Assembly: GCF_001194135.2 (NCBI RefSeq)
Contig: NC_068981.1
Coordinates: forward strand, 151,561,560-151,625,559
Source of the DNA: Octopus bimaculoides
Lineage: Eukaryota
Reading direction: 5' to 3'
Length of the DNA stretch: 64,000 bases
The notes below the pieces were generated by a model. It did no database searches, was not told the origin of the DNA, and saw only the letters and a list, made by a program, of their open reading frames with translations. The position numbers and the translations under genes are program-made. How positions within the stretch are numbered: position 1 is the stretch's first letter; every line of letters begins with the position of its first letter. Shown here one piece after another: positions 1-11,047 of this stretch.

Positions 1-104
1 AATTATTTTGTCGTAAATTGTTTTTGGAAAGAGAATAGAATATTAATAAAACTTAGAAATAAAGAATAAAACTTAGCTCAGATTTCTATCTGTATAACCT
101 CTCA

Positions 105-342
105 CCACGTGCGTGGTTTCTTCGAAGATGGTTGTTCGCTTTGGTTCGCTCACATTAACGTGCGTTGTATATATACTATTTACTTTCTTTTTCAACGGTT
201 ATAATGCAGGACCGTCGTTAAACAAACAGGTACCGAGTTTTGTGTCGGTTTCAGCGAATATTTATCTTCGATATGGAAAGATACCTGTTGGTTGCTTCGA
301 GAGACAGGGAAAAACACGTCTTAACACTACGAAACCGGAAGT
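105..342 (-). promoter_or_regulatory. Possible promoter/first-exon region of a gene running left out of the window
   Basis: Locally CpG-rich; ETS motif CCGGAAGT at 335-342; E-box CACGTG at 106-111; minus-strand donor-like GTG|GTGAGA at 106/105. Motifs only. Confidence 0.3.
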
Positions 343-553
343 ATATATTATATATTATATATATATATATTATATATATATAACTGAAATTTACAGAAAA
401 ACGTAAAAGCAAAAGACATGAACAACTAGCAAGTGTATTAGTTTATATACATATATATAGATATATATAGATATATACATACATAAGTATATGTACATAC
501 ATATATATATATATATGTATATACATATATATGTATATGTATATGCATATGTG

Positions 554-585
<32 letters not shown>

Positions 586-721
586 CATATATGGATATAT
601 ATATGTATACATATATGCATATATATATATGTATATGCATATATATGTAAAGTTACACAGACACATACACATATACGTACATGCATACAAACACACAAAC
701 ATATGTGTGTGTGTATATATA

Positions 722-789
<68 letters not shown>

Positions 790-965
790 CATACATATAC
801 ACTTTGATAAATGCCATATAAGAAACTCTCGAACCTACAGTCACTTTTTTGACTACTACCGATTATGTACATTATATATATATATATGATATATATGTGT
901 ATGTGTACGTTTGTATGTACATGTTGATGTATATGCGTATACATATGTATGTTATTTGTATATGT
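343..965. repeat. Compound (TA)n/(TATG)n/(TG)n microsatellite
   Basis: Direct reading; explains the YI/MY-rich ORFs at 391-944. Confidence 0.95.
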
Positions 966-1540
966 ATATTCACGCTTTGAGAATTTGGTAATTAGGAATC
1001 AATGCAGTATTTTCTTAGCCTAATATTCTCACTGAGATATTTTCAGGGATTTTTACAAGAATGTTATCGAATGAATGTTTCTAAAATGAGGAATCAGTCT
1101 AGCTGGGTTACCTGATTTTATCTGGGTCGCTGCAAAGTATACATCCCTCCAAAACTGGGTCCTTCCAAAGTATATGCGTTACGGGAAAATTTATGATTTA
1201 TTTAGTACCAGTGTCTAAGATGTTTTCAGCAATAGTGTATCTAACTTTTATGGCATCATAATTTTCGTACCCTGTGTAATTAGAAAGCGTTTGACAATAC
1301 CCTTTACTTCCAGATACTAAAATCAGTAACGACGTTGACGGCAATTTTGTCGTTATAGCAAATCCATTTGTATCTATTTTGTGTTTTATAGTATTTTTTA
1401 TAGTTTTTCCTATTTTATTCTGATATAATTTTATATAATATTATTTCCTGGCATCAAAAATAATTTGTTTTATTCAAACTCTGTTACGTTTCTCAAATAT
1501 TCTCAATAAACCTCATTTTATTCATGCTAAACGTAATTAA

Positions 1541-2187
1541 TCCCCACTTAAAACTGGACGCTGTATTAGAACACAGAATACTGCGTAATTTACCAAGCAA
1601 TAACCTTTCATTTGGACTTGTGGTGCATATAAGCACTCGTATTTATATCTCTAGTGGGAGATAATCGCCCGCTATCACCGTCGAGATTTGCCAATTCAAG
1701 CTATCTCCACCCTTCTTGGCCTTGTCAATGATAGTCGTCTTTAGCTAGAGATAGCGACAATTCTCCGTTTGCGATATACATAGTATTTCAGTGTCTATTC
1801 AGGCATTGATGTCGAAAGCATCCACTTACCTTATATGGGGATAAATACAATCTTTTGTTTTTAACGCTGATTCTATTAGTATTTAATTATTTTTAATAAG
1901 CTCCACTGGCTATTTACAACACTAATGCCTGAATAGACACTGAGATTCTATCTATATCACTGATGGGGGAATCATTGCTATCTCTAGCCACGGGTATCTA
2001 CTACTGGTAAAACGAAGGAACCGAAGTTATAGGAGCTGGTAGTCTCGGCGGCGATAGTGGACGATTATCTCCTGTCAGCGATATAAATACAACTGCTTAT
2101 ATCCAATGCAAGTCCTTATGAGAGGTTCTCTCTTGATAAATAACATAGTATTCTATGTTCTAAAATAACACCCACTTTTAAGTAGGA
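1541..2187. mobile_element. Fold-back (long inverted repeat) element, unclassified, MITE-like
   Basis: Left arm aligns to the reverse complement of the right arm over roughly 280 bp (e.g. cagtgtctattcaggcatt / aatgcctgaatagacactg; ggagataatcg / cgattatctcc), loop about 1830-1905. Confidence 0.85.
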
Positions 2188-2644
2188 ATAAATATTACCT
2201 TATCCACGTTGTTTGAGATGTAATTCTCAATTTTCTGTAGTTGAGAAGTCTTTTTTTTTTATATACAGTTTAAAGGTTTTACATCGATTATTTTGAATAT
2301 ACATTTTGTTATTTGTTATTCGTTTTGCATAACAATACGCTGATTTTTGACTGAAGTTCAAACTGAAAGATGCTGTTAGTCGTTATTTTGTTTTCCTTTC
2401 TCTTTTGCAATTGTATGTTAGACTCTTTTTTTTTTTTTTACTTTACCTTATTTTCTCTACTTTTTATTCCAACATTTCAGTAGCAGTATTTTAGTACGCT
2501 ATTTATGTGCGATACATCTAGACAGTATCTTCAGTTAAGTTGACAACTTTAATTATTTTTTCATTCTGTTTGTGAGAAACACGTTTTTTAAATGAATTCT
2601 TCTGTGAAGATTTCTTCTGTCGAATATATGTCATTGCTAATTTA

Positions 2645-2830
2645 ATTAGCAGTGATGTCATCTTAGGATTTGGTGGCAACAAGTCTCTTCAAATCTCTAC
2701 AATTTATTTTGGAATTCTTACAGAATACAGGATGGCAGTTGTCTTCAGGTTGACAATACGTATTTCAATTTCAATCTCCTTCAGTCTCTTAGATATCTGT
2801 TTGAATGTAGTTCTGAGTTCAACAATTACC
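2645..2830 (-). pseudogene. 3' end of an R4/Dong-type (REL endonuclease) non-LTR retrotransposon
   Basis: Translates ELRTTFKQISKRLKEIEIEIRIVNLKTTAILYSVRIPK, like the GALG..IQKxAILxxARILR C-terminus of REL LINEs. Confidence 0.65.
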
Positions 2831-2870
2831 ACAAGGACAATATTCATCTTTTTTACCATCACCACCAGTC

Positions 2871-2871
<1 letters not shown>

Positions 2872-2945
<74 letters not shown>
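2872..2945. repeat. (CTA)n microsatellite
   Basis: Direct reading. Confidence 0.95.
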
Positions 2946-2946
<1 letters not shown>

Positions 2947-2974
2947 AAAGCTAGTACTTGCTAATGTAAATGTT

Positions 2975-3400
2975 ATCTTGAGCTGTGCTGACAACAAATC
3001 TCTTCAAATTTCAAGAATATTCCTCAGGATTCTTTCAGAATACTGGATGGTATTTTATGCAGTTCGACAACGTGAGTCTCAGTTCCAATATCTTTTAGTC
3101 TTTTAGTTATCATTTTGGGAATTGTGCGAAATGCATCAATTACTATAGAAATACTTATTGTCTTAGGCTTCCACAGTCTCCACAGCTGTTTGGCTTGATG
3201 CTGATATTTCTCAACTTTTCAATTTCTTTGGTATCGAATCTGCTAAAATAGGAAATTGCAAAGTCTATCGTCTTACACTGCTTATTTATAATCGTATCTC
3301 GTATTATTTTTTCTATAATATGTCCAGGCTTTGTGGGAAAGCCCCATAAGATTCAGTAATTCTCAATCTCTGTCACAGTTTCTGGTTCGTATTCTGTTGT
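2975..3400 (-). pseudogene. R4/Dong-type LINE, decayed REL endonuclease and C-terminus
   Basis: Frame pieces TIDFAISYFSRFDTKEIEKL, IVIDAFRTIPKM and QYSERILRNILEI* match the REL D..K..EK..Y / IVIGALG / ILRKVL motifs. Confidence 0.7.
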
Positions 3401-3429
3401 TTCGAAATCAAACAGTCAGCTGACATCCA

Positions 3430-3820
3430 AAAGTGGGCACCGTTAATCGCAAAGTTAACGTCTCTACCGTTAATCTGTTAACCAAAACGTTAACTTCGAT
3501 TACCGTTAATCAGCTAATTATTTCGTAATGTAACGGAAGCTATCGATAAACCGTTAATGTTAATTTTTATCATAGAAAAAAAAATCAATTTTTGCTCTAA
3601 AACCACCTAACAACACCTTTAAAAAGTGCCAAAACTATAAAATATGTTAACTTCAATTCTATTGAAATTAGCTCAAGTTGACTTGAGTTAACGGAATTGA
3701 AATGTAACGGAAGCTGATTAGTCCGATAATGATTTCCTAAGTTAACTTAAAAGTTAAATCGTTAGCGAAAATGTTAACTTCGTTAATTAACGATTAACGG
3801 ATTAAAGGTTTGGAGCCCCG
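3430..3820. mobile_element. Non-autonomous DNA element with many CGTTAA/GTTAAC subterminal repeats
   Basis: Dense CGTTAA/TTAACG/GTTAAC motifs, oriented inward from both ends (ccgttaatcg ... cgattaacgg); it interrupts the R4/Dong fragments. Confidence 0.6.
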
Positions 3821-3934
3821 GTTTGTTAATATCCCAATGCAATATTTTACCTATAGTCATGCCTGTGCTTATACTCTTTTATTTATTTATTTATTTATTA
3901 TTTATTTATTTAATCATTTACTGTTAACTTACTG

Positions 3935-4150
3935 CATTTGCTCAAGATATGATTAAAATGTTCGCCTCCTTTCCAGCAGATCCTATATTTGTCGTCTGAC
4001 TGTGTTTTGTCGATCTTTGCCTTCATGAGATTTGTCCTGAGTGGTTATAATTAGCGTTTTGGTCACTTGCTTCAGGTTTCTGTCGGACAGACAAAGCCAA
4101 CGCGCTTTACTTCTAACATTCTCGGTTGTGCTTCAATTCATCGCAGCAAA
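3935..4150 (-). pseudogene. R4/Dong-type LINE, zinc-knuckle region upstream of REL
   Basis: Translates approximately LIITTQDKS.MKAKIDKTQSDDKYRICWKGGEHFNHILSKCSK, the AAQDQ..KAKIDK..CRIC..HI.S.C signature. Confidence 0.7.
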
Positions 4151-4779
4151 CAAATGAAGCATCCGTTAATTATAGCACACTGGTTGTTTATTAAGTTAAT
4201 CCATATCTATTACAATTTTCCCATCTATATATTTTGAAATTTTAGTTTTGGCACTTCTTTCTAGCAGGTCGAGCGAATACGTATGCTACCAGGTGAAGTT
4301 TGCTTTAATCTCTTAATTACACTATGGTGTAATGTTTGGAAGGTTACGTCGGCATAATTTATAAGTAGGACTTGATCGAAAAATTCACACCCCTATATCT
4401 TAGATCTTGATTTTTGTACAATATAGATAAATCTCTTGCAGTTACTATGGTTTTTCTCTTTTACGGCTGACTGAAAACAATGTCTGGTAGAGAAAACAAA
4501 CTTCTAATTCTAAATATATCATATGATAAAACTTCTTAAACATAAACTAATTTTCTGTGAATCTTTATGAGTTCGTAAATTATCGTTTAATCTGATGATA
4601 ATGTTATCAAAATAATGTTTATATTTCATATTCACTTATCCTTCCTATTTTTCTTCCAGAATTTGCTTTGTCACTTCCCTTATTTTCTTACATTAGTTTC
4701 ATTGCTGAATTCCTCATCCTCTTTGAATAATTACTTTTTTCTTACTACTTAAGTATATATATATATATATATGTATATC

Positions 4780-4810
<31 letters not shown>

Positions 4811-5876
4811 AAGGAGTTAAGACGCAAAAACGTATAAATTCAAAAGTTNNNNNNNNNNNNNNNNNNNNNNNNNNNNNNNNNNNNNNNNNNNNNNNNNNNN
4901 NNNNNNNNNNNNNNNNNNNNNNNNNNNNNNNNNNNNNNNNNNNNNNNNNNNNNNNNNNNNNNNNNNNNNNNNNNNNNNNNNNNNNNNNNNNNNNNNNNNN
5001 NNNNNNNNNNNNNNNNNNNNNNNNNNNNNNNNNNNNNNNNNNNNNNNNNNNNNNNNNNNNNNNNNNNNNNNNNNNNNNNNNNNNNNNNNNNNNNNNNNNN
5101 NNNNNNNNNNNNNNNNNNNNNNNNNNNNNNNNNNNNNNNNNNNNNNNNNNNNNNNNNNNNNNNNNNNNNNNNNNNNNNNNNNNNNNNNNNNNNNNNNNNN
5201 NNNNTGCATAATCTCGTATACCTTTGGAAGAAAAAGATCTGATGTTTCAGGTCTTACCTTCATTTGAGAGAGAGAGGGGAGAGGGGGGAGAGAGAAACAA
5301 TCAGACAGACAGATAGAGGGAAAGAGAGAGAAAAGACAGGGAGTGAAAGAGTCACAGAGAGAATGTCCCACCTGAAAAAAATTTCATTTAATATCATTTT
5401 TTCCCTCTCGGGTAAAAGAACAACACGAAACATTAAATTTCTTTTCTCCCTTAACATTAAAACTCGAGAAATTCACTACATAAGTTTAGCCGATACATAC
5501 CTCTGTAGTTTGCTCATAGATTTTCTTTTTAGCATTCCGATTCAGGCATTCTACTAACACTTATTAATTTCATGTTAAGATTTGGTTTCCCTATGAGTAT
5601 CACTCTGTTGTGTCAGTAGTTTTGTTTGATTTCTTTCTTTTATTCTATAATAAATATTCACTTCCTTATTTATTTAGATATATAGTCTAGATACACTGTT
5701 ATTATGATTAAATATATTTAGATATGGAGATACTCTGCTATTATAATCCCTATATTATATGTCTTTATAAGCTCCTTAGATAACCTTTAAATACATTTAT
5801 TTCGATTACATACAAATATTCTTGCTATAATCCTGTACTTTCTTAAATTGTTCATCCTAATATTTATTATAGTTAA

Positions 5877-6085
5877 GACGGTGAGCTGAAACAATCTTTA
5901 CAGCGCCTAACAAAATGCTTAACGGCATTTCGTCCGTCTTTACGTTCTGCCTTCAAATTCTGCTGAAGTCGACTTTGCCTTTCAACCTTTCGGAGTCGAT
6001 AAAGTACCAGTTGCCCACTGGGGTAGATGTAACCGACTTACTTCCACTCCCTGAAATACTGGCCTAGTGCCAAAATTTGAAACCG
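5877..6085 (+). mobile_element. tRNA-derived SINE, family A
   Basis: Shares gtcgactttgcctttca..tttcggagtcgata..gtaccagtt with the copies at 15981, 56440, 61172 and 61427. Confidence 0.85.
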
Positions 6086-6129
6086 ATATTTATCATAGTT
6101 ACGAATATATGACAAATAACGCACAAGAA

Positions 6130-6290
6130 TAATCCTTTCTACACAGGCAAGAGGACTAAAATTTGTGGGGAAGGGACGGTCGATTGTATCCATTGCCATG
6201 CTCAAGTGGTACTTATTTCATCCATTCCGAAATGTAAGGTAGACCTCAGCGAAATTTGAATTCAGAACGTAAAGAAAGACATAGTGCCGC
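6130..6290 (-). mobile_element. Degenerate family A SINE
   Basis: Reverse complement carries ctttacgttctgaattcaaatttcgctgaggtctacc..taagtaccac. Confidence 0.7.
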
Positions 6291-7574
6291 AGCGTTTCCT
6301 ATTGTTGATGCTGTTTACAATTTAGAGTGCTTTGATTGGGCAAACTTATGATCAAACTCATTCCAGCTATGGTGATCCTGTCTTTTTGTTTATCTTTGTT
6401 GTATTATGCAATGTTGATTTCTAAAAGACAATAGAGCATGATGAAAATAAAATTTGACTGTTATTCTTTGCAGTACGATCGATCTCATAGAGGCATTCTC
6501 TTTTTAGTTTGCACGCCAGAATTCTTAATGAACAGCAATGAGTAATGGTCTAAGTGTATTTCGTGGAAATATATCTATTTGAGTTTTACAATTATTTGAA
6601 CACAGAACGAGACTAGATACTCAAAAATATTTCTCAGAATGCGCAGAATGCGCTTCCATTCTTTTTACTTTACCGACATTTTCGTTTCAACAAATGTGAA
6701 TTCTTATGCAGGTTCCATTCTTCAAAGGCCTAGACATAAATATAGTTATTAGAAGCAACAAGGGAACATAGCAGTTACTATTTTTATCGACTCTAAACTG
6801 ATAAATGACAACGTTTGTTCTGCAAAAAGTTTAAACACAAAATGTAGAGTGTAATTAAAATTACTAAGCACCAAAAAGCGTTTAGTAAGTCAATTAACAG
6901 TTTGAGCAGCTTAACCCTCATTTTTTATTCTCTTTGAAGGAAATAGATTGCTTCAAATTCATTATCAAGTATATTTATTGTGCATCTTCATAGGTTAAAA
7001 GCTACTAATTACATTATTTAAAAATAATTTAAAGAAAAACTTTACTAATTTTATCATAATAAGCATGATTCAACAATTTGCTGAACATTTGACAAATTTT
7101 CAAATTAATATCTTGCATCAAGCTAATTGAAAATGTCATCATTGATAATAATACAAAAATTTTAATTTACTCTCATCAGAAATTACCTTTATAAATATAT
7201 TCACGTGACAGTACATCATATTCAATTTACCAACCATATTCTTATATTTTTCTAAACTTTATTGTATGAATATTGACGTTCGCAAAATTGTGAATTTTAT
7301 GCAGTTATTCCAATATTAAATTAATGTTATATATTTTAGATGTTTAATTAAGTGAAGGTTTAATAAACATTTAATTATGCAATAACATTCAAATATATTT
7401 AGTTTTTTTTATTTTCATTATTTATCCGAAAATATTCCCTATTTGCCAGCAATATCTATCTTAATATGAAATATTTTACCATTTGAAACATATTTTAAAA
7501 TGTGAAAAATAAAATGAACACACGCACACAGTCGCACATACATACATACATACATACATACATACATACATACA

Positions 7575-7645
7575 AGAACCCTTGGATCTAGGTTAGAAAC
7601 TGATTCTTTGTCTACTGGCAAGAAACCTTGAAATAAACTGAATAA
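7575..7645 (-). mobile_element. (TATG)n-flanked short interspersed repeat, family T
   Basis: Reverse complement cagtttatttcaaggtttcttgccagtagacaaagaatcagtttctaacctagatccaagg matches the copies at 10560, 26958, 27608 and 51115; abuts (CATA)n. Confidence 0.75.
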
Positions 7646-8344
7646 TTTTGTTTGTTTTTTTTTGGTTAAGGGAAGATTTATTGATATGTAAACGTGTGTC
7701 TGTGTGTGCTTCATGTATACAGAATAATAGATAGGCCGTCATGAGAACAAAATGTGTTTGTGCGTGTAAGCCTATATGTATGCGTGGGTGTTAAGAAATA
7801 TAAGTATGGCAGTCAAGAAGATGACAGCGAAGGAGCCTATAGCTATCAAAGTGAGAAGTTCATAGACACAAGAATGAGAATACAAGTAGTCAATTGTACA
7901 CGGTAGTTAAAATACTGCATGAAGAAGTCGCGGCCATGATGCTGAGCCGGTTGTAGGTACATGTCGTACGCGAAGTCGTGGTTGTGTGGGTCACTTGATA
8001 CAAGAGTTCTTGCTGTTGATCCATGGTGCAGTAATTCACGAACAGTGAAGTGTTGGGACCTGGGCTAGTTGCTGGTTGAGCTGTGTACGAAGAGAGATGA
8101 TGTTGTCGATATTAAGAAGGTTGCCGTAATGCTGTTGGACGAATTTGGTAAATCTCAACCGTGGTGCAGGTGTTGTCGTCTGCATTGTCGCTGGAACTGG
8201 CTGTGTCGTGTCTGGTCAGTGGCTAGGCCTTAAAAGATCTGGAACCGAAACACCTAATAAATAAACTGAATAATGACATACATAAATAATACTTATATAT
8301 ATATATACAAAACGTTATCCACGGATGATATTAACAGTAGTGAC

Positions 8345-8560
8345 ATCTTATTTCAATACAGTTCTATATCTAAGAGATGAGGAATTATGTACATTATTTA
8401 CAATTGACGGATATTTGTCCTCATTTTGTTTGTTGTTAACAAAACGTTTCGGCTCATACACCCTCCAGCCTTCATCAGGTGTCTTGGGGGAAATTTCGAA
8501 CCTTGGTTCTCATTCCTAAGATATTTTTCGATGTTGTTGTTGTTGTTGTTGTTCTTATTA

Positions 8561-8632
<72 letters not shown>

Positions 8633-8684
8633 TCACTGCCTGGAATCGAACTCGGAATCTTGGGGTTAGTAGCCTGCGCTCTTA
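8345..8684 (-). mobile_element. Composite SINE-like element: tRNA-like head, (AAT)n linker, hammerhead-bearing tail
   Basis: Minus strand: AAGATTCCGAGTTCGATTCCAGGC (B box GTTCGATTC, resembles the tRNA-Arg 3' half), then (AAT)n/(AAC)n, then GACAC-CTGATGA-A-GGCT..AGCC-GAAACGTT-TTGTT. Confidence 0.75.
8438..8483 (-). ncRNA. Minimal type I hammerhead ribozyme motif
   Basis: CUGAUGA core, extra A, 4-bp stem II GGCU/AGCC, GAAAC-GU-U with palindromic stem III; stem I GACAC/UUGUU has a mismatch at the first pair. Confidence 0.7.
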
Positions 8685-8724
8685 TCCCCAAGATTCCGAG
8701 TTCGATTCTAGGCAGTGACCTGAA
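8627..8724. repeat. 39-bp inverted repeat of the tRNA-like head with a 20-nt loop
   Basis: 8627-8665 versus 8686-8724, one mismatch. Confidence 0.9.
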
Positions 8725-9473
8725 NNNNNNNNNNNNNNNNNNNNNNNNNNNNNNNNNNNNNNNNNNNNNNNNNNNNNNNNNNNNNNNNNNNNNNNNNNNN
8801 NNNNNNNNNNNNNNNNNNNNNNNNNNNNNNNNNNNNNNNNNNNNNNNNNNNNNNNNNNNNNNNNNNNNNNNNNNNNNNNNNNNNNNNNNNNNNNNNNNNN
8901 NNNNNNNNNNNNNNNNNNNNNNNNNNNNNNNNNNNNNNNNNNNNNNNNNNNNNNNNNNNNNNNNNNNNNNNNNNNNNNNNNNNNNNNNNNNNNNNNNNNN
9001 NNNNNNNNNNNNNNNNNNNNNNNNNNNNNNNNNNNNNNNNNNNNNNNNNNNNNNNNNNNNNNNNNNNNNNNNNNNNNNNNNNNNNNNNNNNNNNNNNNNN
9101 NNNNNNNNNNNNNNNNNNNNNNNNNNNNNNNNNNNNNNNNNNNNNNNNNNNNNNNNNNNNNNNNNNNNNNNNNNNNNNNNNNNNNNNNNNNNNNNNNNNN
9201 NNNNNNNNNNNNNNNNNNNNNNNNNNNNNNNNNNNNNNNNNNNNNNNNNNNNNNNNNNNNNNNNNNNNNNNNNNNNNNNNNNNNNNNNNNNNNNNNNNNN
9301 NNNNNNNNNNNNNNNNNNNNNNNNNNNNNNNNNNNNNNNNNNNNNNNNNNNNNNNNNNNNNNNNNNNNNNNNNNNNNNNNNNNNNNNNNNNNNNNNNNNN
9401 NNNNNNNNNNNNNNNNNNNNNNNNNNNNNNNNNNNNNNNNNNNNNNNNNNCCGAGTTCGATTCTAGGCAGTGA

Positions 9474-9543
<70 letters not shown>

Positions 9544-9547
<4 letters not shown>

Positions 9548-9660
9548 TGGAATCTAAAAACAGAAACAATTCCTATCATAGTAGGTGCCTTAGGTATAAT
9601 AAAAAAATATTCAGACAAATACATAACAAAAACACCAGGACTTACAAATATATATAACAT
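9544..9660 (+). pseudogene. 5'-truncated REL-type LINE C-terminal fragment
   Basis: MWNLKTETIPIIVGALGIIKKYSDKYITKTPGLTNIYNI contains the IPIIVGALG motif; starts directly after (AAT)n. Confidence 0.8.
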
Positions 9661-9669
9661 AGTAGGTAG

Positions 9670-9727
9670 TTCACACTGAAGAGGCTCAAGGGTTAAATAT
9701 CCAAAAGGCGAAACCTGGGTATGTGGA
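9670..9727 (+). ncRNA. Near-intact type I hammerhead ribozyme motif
   Basis: TTCACA-CTGAAGA-GGCT...AGGC-GAAA-CCTGGG-TA-TGTGGA: 6-bp stem I, canonical core, GUA cleavage triplet, one mismatch in stem II. Confidence 0.75.
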
Positions 9728-9913
9728 TGTCCTAAACTGTATAATATTTTATTTTGTGCTTTTGAATGTATTAGTTCTTTCCGTTTCTTCACCTTTTGGT
9801 GCTGTACAGTGGTTTAATTAAGACTTTAGCTCTTATTTCTAGCAGGTGTATGCTTTTAATCACCTTTACGCTTCGTGCAAATTTACATGTGTGTGTGGTG
9901 TGTGTGTGTGCGC

Positions 9914-9984
<71 letters not shown>

Positions 9985-9988
<4 letters not shown>

Positions 9989-10455
9989 GCTAAGCAAGTT
10001 AAGCAAGTCGATATGCAAAAAATATTAAATACATTTAATACAAAAAATATACATATGTATGCAAATAAAAAAGTCCGACTTACACAGAATATAAATGATA
10101 TCAGGAATTAAAGGGGTTGAGTAATAGTTTTACGAATCCCGCAGCTTTTTCCGTGGAATTGGTGGTCCAAAATAATGATTGTAACTTGATTCTATCATCG
10201 GATACCACCCTCTTCCTGAGGACGACGGCTGATGGTATCCGATGATAGAATCAAGTTACAGTCATTATTTTGGACCATAAACCACACCAGAAACAGCTGC
10301 TGGACTCATAAAACTCTTACTCAATCCAACTGATTCCTGATATCACTTCTATTCGGTGTAAGTCGGAATTTTTATATTCATATATATGTACATTTTTTGT
10401 ATTGAATGCATTTGATATTTTTTGTATATCGACTTGCCTAACTTGTTTGTCCTTA
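9985..10455. mobile_element. Fold-back palindromic element of about 470 bp
   Basis: Arms match across about 220 bp (tggtccaaaataatgattgtaacttgattctatcatcggatacca / tggtatccgatgatagaatcaagttacagtcattattttggacca), centre near 10220. Confidence 0.9.
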
Positions 10456-10559
10456 CATTTACATTTCTACCTGTTCAGGTTCAAATCTATTGAGCACTAC
10501 GAAGTGCTATTCTATACAGAGAATTCCTGTCTGTAATCTATAAACTACATGTATGTATG

Positions 10560-10745
10560 TCATTGTTCAGTTTTATCTCAAGATTTATTGCCAATAGAGA
10601 AAGAGCTGGTTTCTAACCTAGATGCAAGGCTCCTTCATTGGTATTTGAACATCAACAACAAGGTATTTTTGTATGTACGTATATGTGCAGATTTGTACGT
10701 TTCGTTTTATGTATGTATTTTGATGCATATACTTGCATATCTAGA
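10560..10745 (+). mobile_element. Family T repeat
   Basis: atagagaaagagctggtttctaacctagatgcaaggctccttcattgg; preceded by atgtatgtatgt. Confidence 0.8.
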
Positions 10746-10749
10746 CTTG

Positions 10750-10792
<43 letters not shown>

Positions 10793-10797
<5 letters not shown>

Positions 10798-11047
10798 GTC
10801 ATCCCATAAGTTCTGTTCGATTTTACCTTTTTTTAAAATTGAATGAAATGTACACAAATGCTAAAAATAATTTAAACTAATTAAATATTATTTTACAGAA
10901 TAATAGGCATTACTTGAAGAAAATCCTGCATTATCACTTGAAGAATTGGCAATAAAACTTAGTTCAGACCATACAGCTGTTCATCGTCATCTTCAACAAC
11001 TTGGAAAGGTTCCTAAACTTGGAAAATGAGTGTCTCATGAATTGTCC
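10793..11047 (+). pseudogene. Mariner transposon 5' fragment
   Basis: LLEENPALSLEELAIKLSSDHTAVHRHLQQLGKVPKLGK*VSHELS: HTH plus a degenerate WVPHEL motif; TA-flanked TIR-like start. Confidence 0.8.

Noticed and set aside
391-944. Long ORFs rich in YI/MY/CV/LLL/TTT/NNN, and all X-filled ORFs across the window
   Set aside because: Translations of microsatellites or N runs, not genes.
7800-8265. GC-richer block with a short minus-strand ORF (MQTTTPAPRLRFTKFVQQHYG...) ending in ccgaaacacctaataaa
   Set aside because: Looks like a repeat terminus, but no protein motif is recognised and the HHR core and stems do not form (CTGGTCA, no stem II); left unclassified.
8627-8684. Possible tRNA gene
   Set aside because: Only the 3' half is present, the T-stem is mispaired, and it is embedded in a repeat; treated as a SINE head.
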